Assembly (NCBI GenBank): GCA_964234715.1
Contig: OZ174279.1
Length of the DNA stretch: 64,000 nt
Origin: Podarcis melisellensis
Taxonomy: Eukaryota
Direction: 5' to 3' (one strand)
The notes beneath the pieces were generated by a model. It saw only the letters and a program-made list of their open reading frames with translations, had not been told where the DNA came from and ran no database searches. Positions 60,291-64,000 of this stretch are shown here, piece by piece; position 1 is the first letter of the stretch, and each line of letters starts with the position of its first letter. A program made the position numbers and the translations under genes.

Positions 60291-62560
60291 TCAATTTAAT
60301 CCAGTCCCTGTGGCAGTTTATTTCCTGGGATAAAATCCCCAAAAAAGCTCAACAACTTTGGTCAGCCCTCACGCATGTTTTCTTCATCAAATCTGGCCCT
60401 CTTTGGGCACCCCTGCCATAGGGGTTTACAAAGTTTGTTTGGCTTTAGTTGTCAATTAAAAAATGGTAGTTGCCAGGACTCTGCCCCTTCTCCAAGGGGC
60501 TGATTCCTGCCCTTGAAAGCATCATGCACGGCCAGGAACAATTTCCACTCTCCTAGGGTGGCAGATTGTTTCTGCAATTGTGCTGCATTTCCACTATGCT
60601 CCAAGTGCCTTGAAAGTGCATTGTGAAAAGGAGCCCCATTTGTTTTCTCCAACTTCTTTGTTCCTCGGAAACAGTATAGCTACAGGACAGTCCCCATCTC
60701 TCTCTTGTGGGTTTCAAGCTGGAGTGGAGTTCTGGGACTTGTTCTCCTGAGGAGCCTCAGAAATACAACAACGAAATAAGCAGCAGCCTTTCTCTCAACC
60801 TTGTTGTAAGAGAGGTAGGTAGGGATTGTCGGCACAGTTGCACTCTAGTTACAAGGTTGGGAGGAAAGCTGGTAGTTGTTGCACTCACCAGGTGAGGATA
60901 GTGAGTGGAATTATCGACTCTTGTCCTGGTGTGCTAGAATGTGAGCTAGAGCATGTTGAAAAATTGTGTCCTGCTTACATCCAGATGAAAAGTTTTCTAC
61001 TGTATCTATTTTAGTAGCATCTCTGTGTTTCCAGTGTACTTTGTGTATGTGTTTAGAAATAATCCTACAGTTCTTTGCTTATAAGTACAAGGAAAGCTGT
61101 TCTATAAAGTACATATTTTTAGTATGGGAACAACTGTGGTGTTTGCAAGCTAATGGCCCGTCTTAAAAAAGTGGGAGTTTCTAGTTTAGGTTTCCAGACC
61201 CCATAATGTGTAGGATTTGGCAGCTAACTGGGTAGCCTGTCGGACTATTAACACCCTTGATAGAACTGATGGCCATGTGATCAGTGGATGACCTGGTATG
61301 TTACGTAGCACACAGTTCCTTGAGGGGATAGTGTGCATGTGTTTCTGATCCTTTCCAATTACTTGTTATTTTCTCCAGTTTGCATGAGGCACAGTATTTT
61401 TATTATGGCTTCTCTCATTTTGCCTAGTCTGCAGGATTTGATCTCACTGTTAGCTAATAGATGCTGAAATCCATAATTTCTGGATGTGGAAACAAGATGT
61501 ATCAGGTGGTTTCATATTTCTGTAGTCCCTTTGGGATGTTAGTGCATACTTCAGTCAGAAACACAGAAACAATGCTAGTAGCATTCCCAAATCTAAAAGC
61601 AAACTTAGGTCAGTGGAAATATCCTCAGAGAAAGAAAAGGTTATTGTTTTGCTGCTATTAGATGAGGGTTAACTGGAGTAGTCTGTTTCAGATAAAGTCA
61701 TTTGGAAGTCCCTCCTGGGGAAAATAGGCATGCATAAGGCTTAATTTTTCTCCTAGGGGTTGTCTTGGCTTTGCATTACAGCTGAGAGAATTTATATGTA
61801 TGTGGTGCTGTATAAAGCACTTAGTATGATTTGAGAAAATAGTAGATTTTTCCTGGTCAGTCTGGAGAGACATTAGAATTGCATGTATTTGTGTCATGCC
61901 TCCAACATTGCAAATCTTCTGTTGGAGGGTGTGGGGGATTTTCCTGTTTTTTATGTAAGCTGTGAGAGTCTTTTCATTTCAACCACACTGTTGCTGGTCA
62001 TACTCTTTCCCCCCCCCCCCAGAGCCTCGTGGGCTGCTAAATTGTTCCATTAAGTTAAGGAAATCTAATTGCATTGAGAGCGTATTCGTTGCTTATGACT
62101 TTAATGCTTGTCTATTAAAAAAAAAACCCCTCTAGTGTTGCTTACAAAAACATGGTTTTAAATGTGCTTCAAGATTAGCAGAATATTTGCTGATGTCTTT
62201 ATTTCTTATCCAGGTTCACCTTATTTTTTTTTATTGCAAAATCATTAATCTGATTTATAGACAGTGCTCCTACGAGCATAGAATTTCAGTCCATTGCCCT
62301 GATTACTACCTCCAATGGCTTTCTTTATTCCCAGGTGACTCCATGAACTGCAGCAATTTAGCAGTGGGTGGGGCTTTCCTAAATCTATAGATTCATTTCC
62401 TCTCTAGTTTAGAGCCCTTTGATATCCAGTTACCAACACCTAAGCATAAAGCTTTCTGGAAGCATAAAAACAAGTAATTTCATAATCTTAAACTGAGAGG
62501 TGGGTACTGCTGTCTGTTGAATCCTAAGGCAGAACATGTAAATCTCTATAAATATGTGTA

Positions 62561-63786
62561 CCGTATTTTTCGCACCATAGGACGCACTTTTTCCCCTCCA
62601 AAAATGAAGGGGAAATGTGTGTGCGTCCTATGGTGCGAATGCAGGCTTTCGCTGAAGCTGGAGAGCGAGAGGGGTCGGTGCGCACCGACCCCTCTCGCTC
62701 TCCAGGCTTCAGGAGAGCCCCACCTCTAGCCCCACAAGCCCGGGCGACAGCGGGGAGGCGGAACGCCGCCATCCCGCTGTCCCCCGACTTGGCTAGAAGG
62801 CTGGCGGGGGGGGGAGCCTGCTCCTCCCCGTCGCCAGCCCTGCAAACTCGGGAGACAGCGGGAGAGGCGCAGCGCGCCCTCCCGCTGTCTCCCGACATGG
62901 TTTGGAGGCTGGCGAAGGGCTTCCTCCTCCCCCAGCCCCGCAAGCTCCCAGAGCGATGCCAAAGCTGCGCGCAGCTTCGGCATGGCCCTGGGTCCCGTTC
63001 TGGGGGAGGGGGAAGCTCGGGCTCCCCCCGCCCCAGCCCCGCGTCTCCAGCCGGGAGACGGTCGCGGGGGGCTGCTTTAGCCCCGCGCGCGCTCTCCCAG
63101 CTGGAGTGGTGACGCGCGCCTATGGAGGCTCCTGCCATACGCGCGCGTCACCTCTCCAGCCGGGAGAGGGTCGCGGGGGGCTGCTTTAGCCCCGCGCGCG
63201 CCGTCCCGGCTGGAGAAGTGACGCGCGCCTATGGCAGTAGCCTCCATAGGCGCACGTCACCTCTCCAGCCGGGAGAGCACGCACGGGGCTAAAGCAGCCC
63301 CCCGCGACCCTCTCCCGGCTGGAGAGGTGACACACGCCTATGGCAGGAGCCTCCATAGGCGCGCGTCACCTCTCCAGCCGGGAGAGCAGCCCCCCCGCGA
63401 CCCTCTCCCGGCTGGAGAGGTGATGCGCGCCTATGGCCGCTGCTCCCTGACCTGCTCTTTGGGGCTGGTGGTGGGCTTCCCCGCCAGCCCCAAAGAGCAG
63501 GTCGAAAGGAACCTGAAGCCTGGAGAGTGAGAAGGGTCGGTGCGCACCAACCCCTCTCGCTCTCCAGGCTTCCAAGGTAGCCGCCTGAATGCACCTTAAA
63601 TGGCACCTTGTTTTAGAGCGGGAAAACAAAAGGGGGAAAATTCTCCCACTCTCTGCGCAGCGCTTCCTGCCGCTTCGCTGAAGGGGCGCTGGGCAGAGAG
63701 CGGAAGAATTTTTTTCCCTTGTTCTCCCCCCTCTAAAACAAGGTGCGTCCTATTGTCCGGTGCGTCCTATGGTGCGAAAAATACGG
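62561..63786. mobile_element. Young non-autonomous Tc1/mariner-superfamily (Tc2-like TIR) element, 1.23 kb, GC-rich
   Basis: Perfect 27-bp TIRs ccgtatttttcgcaccataggacgcac / gtgcgtcctatggtgcgaaaaatacgg flanked by TA; no transposase. Confidence 0.9.
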
Positions 63787-64000
63787 TATGTTTAAAGTGA
63801 AAAACAATATAATAGAATGAAACAAACACTTATCTATAATCTGAATATGGCATGTTAAGACTAGGCATGAATCAAATTATCCTCCTTTTGCGATCTCTGA
63901 CACAGCGGTGGAGAACAGGATCTGATTGGGCAGGTGGGGGTTGAGATTGTTTTCTCCCCCACCCTCATGGGCCACGTTTGACAGGTGGCTGGAGCCACCC

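Noticed and set aside
62524-63800. GC-rich ORFs (204 aa, 165 aa) and a CRISPR-like repeat pattern
   Set aside because: They lie inside a TIR-bounded non-autonomous transposon; no transposase motifs, no unique spacers, eukaryotic context
58596-64000. Next ARMH3 exon (expected SVNPYIVKL...)
   Set aside because: Not found in the window; the intron is expanded by the LINE and MITE and the exon probably lies beyond 64000

Overview
Vertebrate genomic DNA from a squamate reptile (Sauria-type SINEs with ACCTTT tails; probably a lacertid lizard). It holds three protein-coding genes, each with a CpG-island promoter. (1) A complete 24-coding-exon prominin-family gene on + (CDS 5173..33609, 805 aa reconstructed by hand with consistent splice phases). 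By its position next to HPS6 it is most likely the non-mammalian paralogue prominin-3. (2) Intronless HPS6 (BLOC-2 subunit) on -, tail-to-tail with the prominin gene. (3) The 5' part (7 coding exons, 223 aa) of ARMH3/C10orf76 on +, head-to-head with HPS6. Introns and intergenic DNA carry many Tc1/mariner and hAT MITEs (three nested in older repeats with readable TSDs), SINEs and a decayed LINE. The most notable observation is that the prominin's first coding exon has no signal peptide (in-frame stops lie just upstream of the ATG), while a signal-peptide-like ORF sits in an upstream CpG-island exon. Also notable are a 139-bp near-identical non-TE duplication and facing poly(A) signals of the convergent genes.
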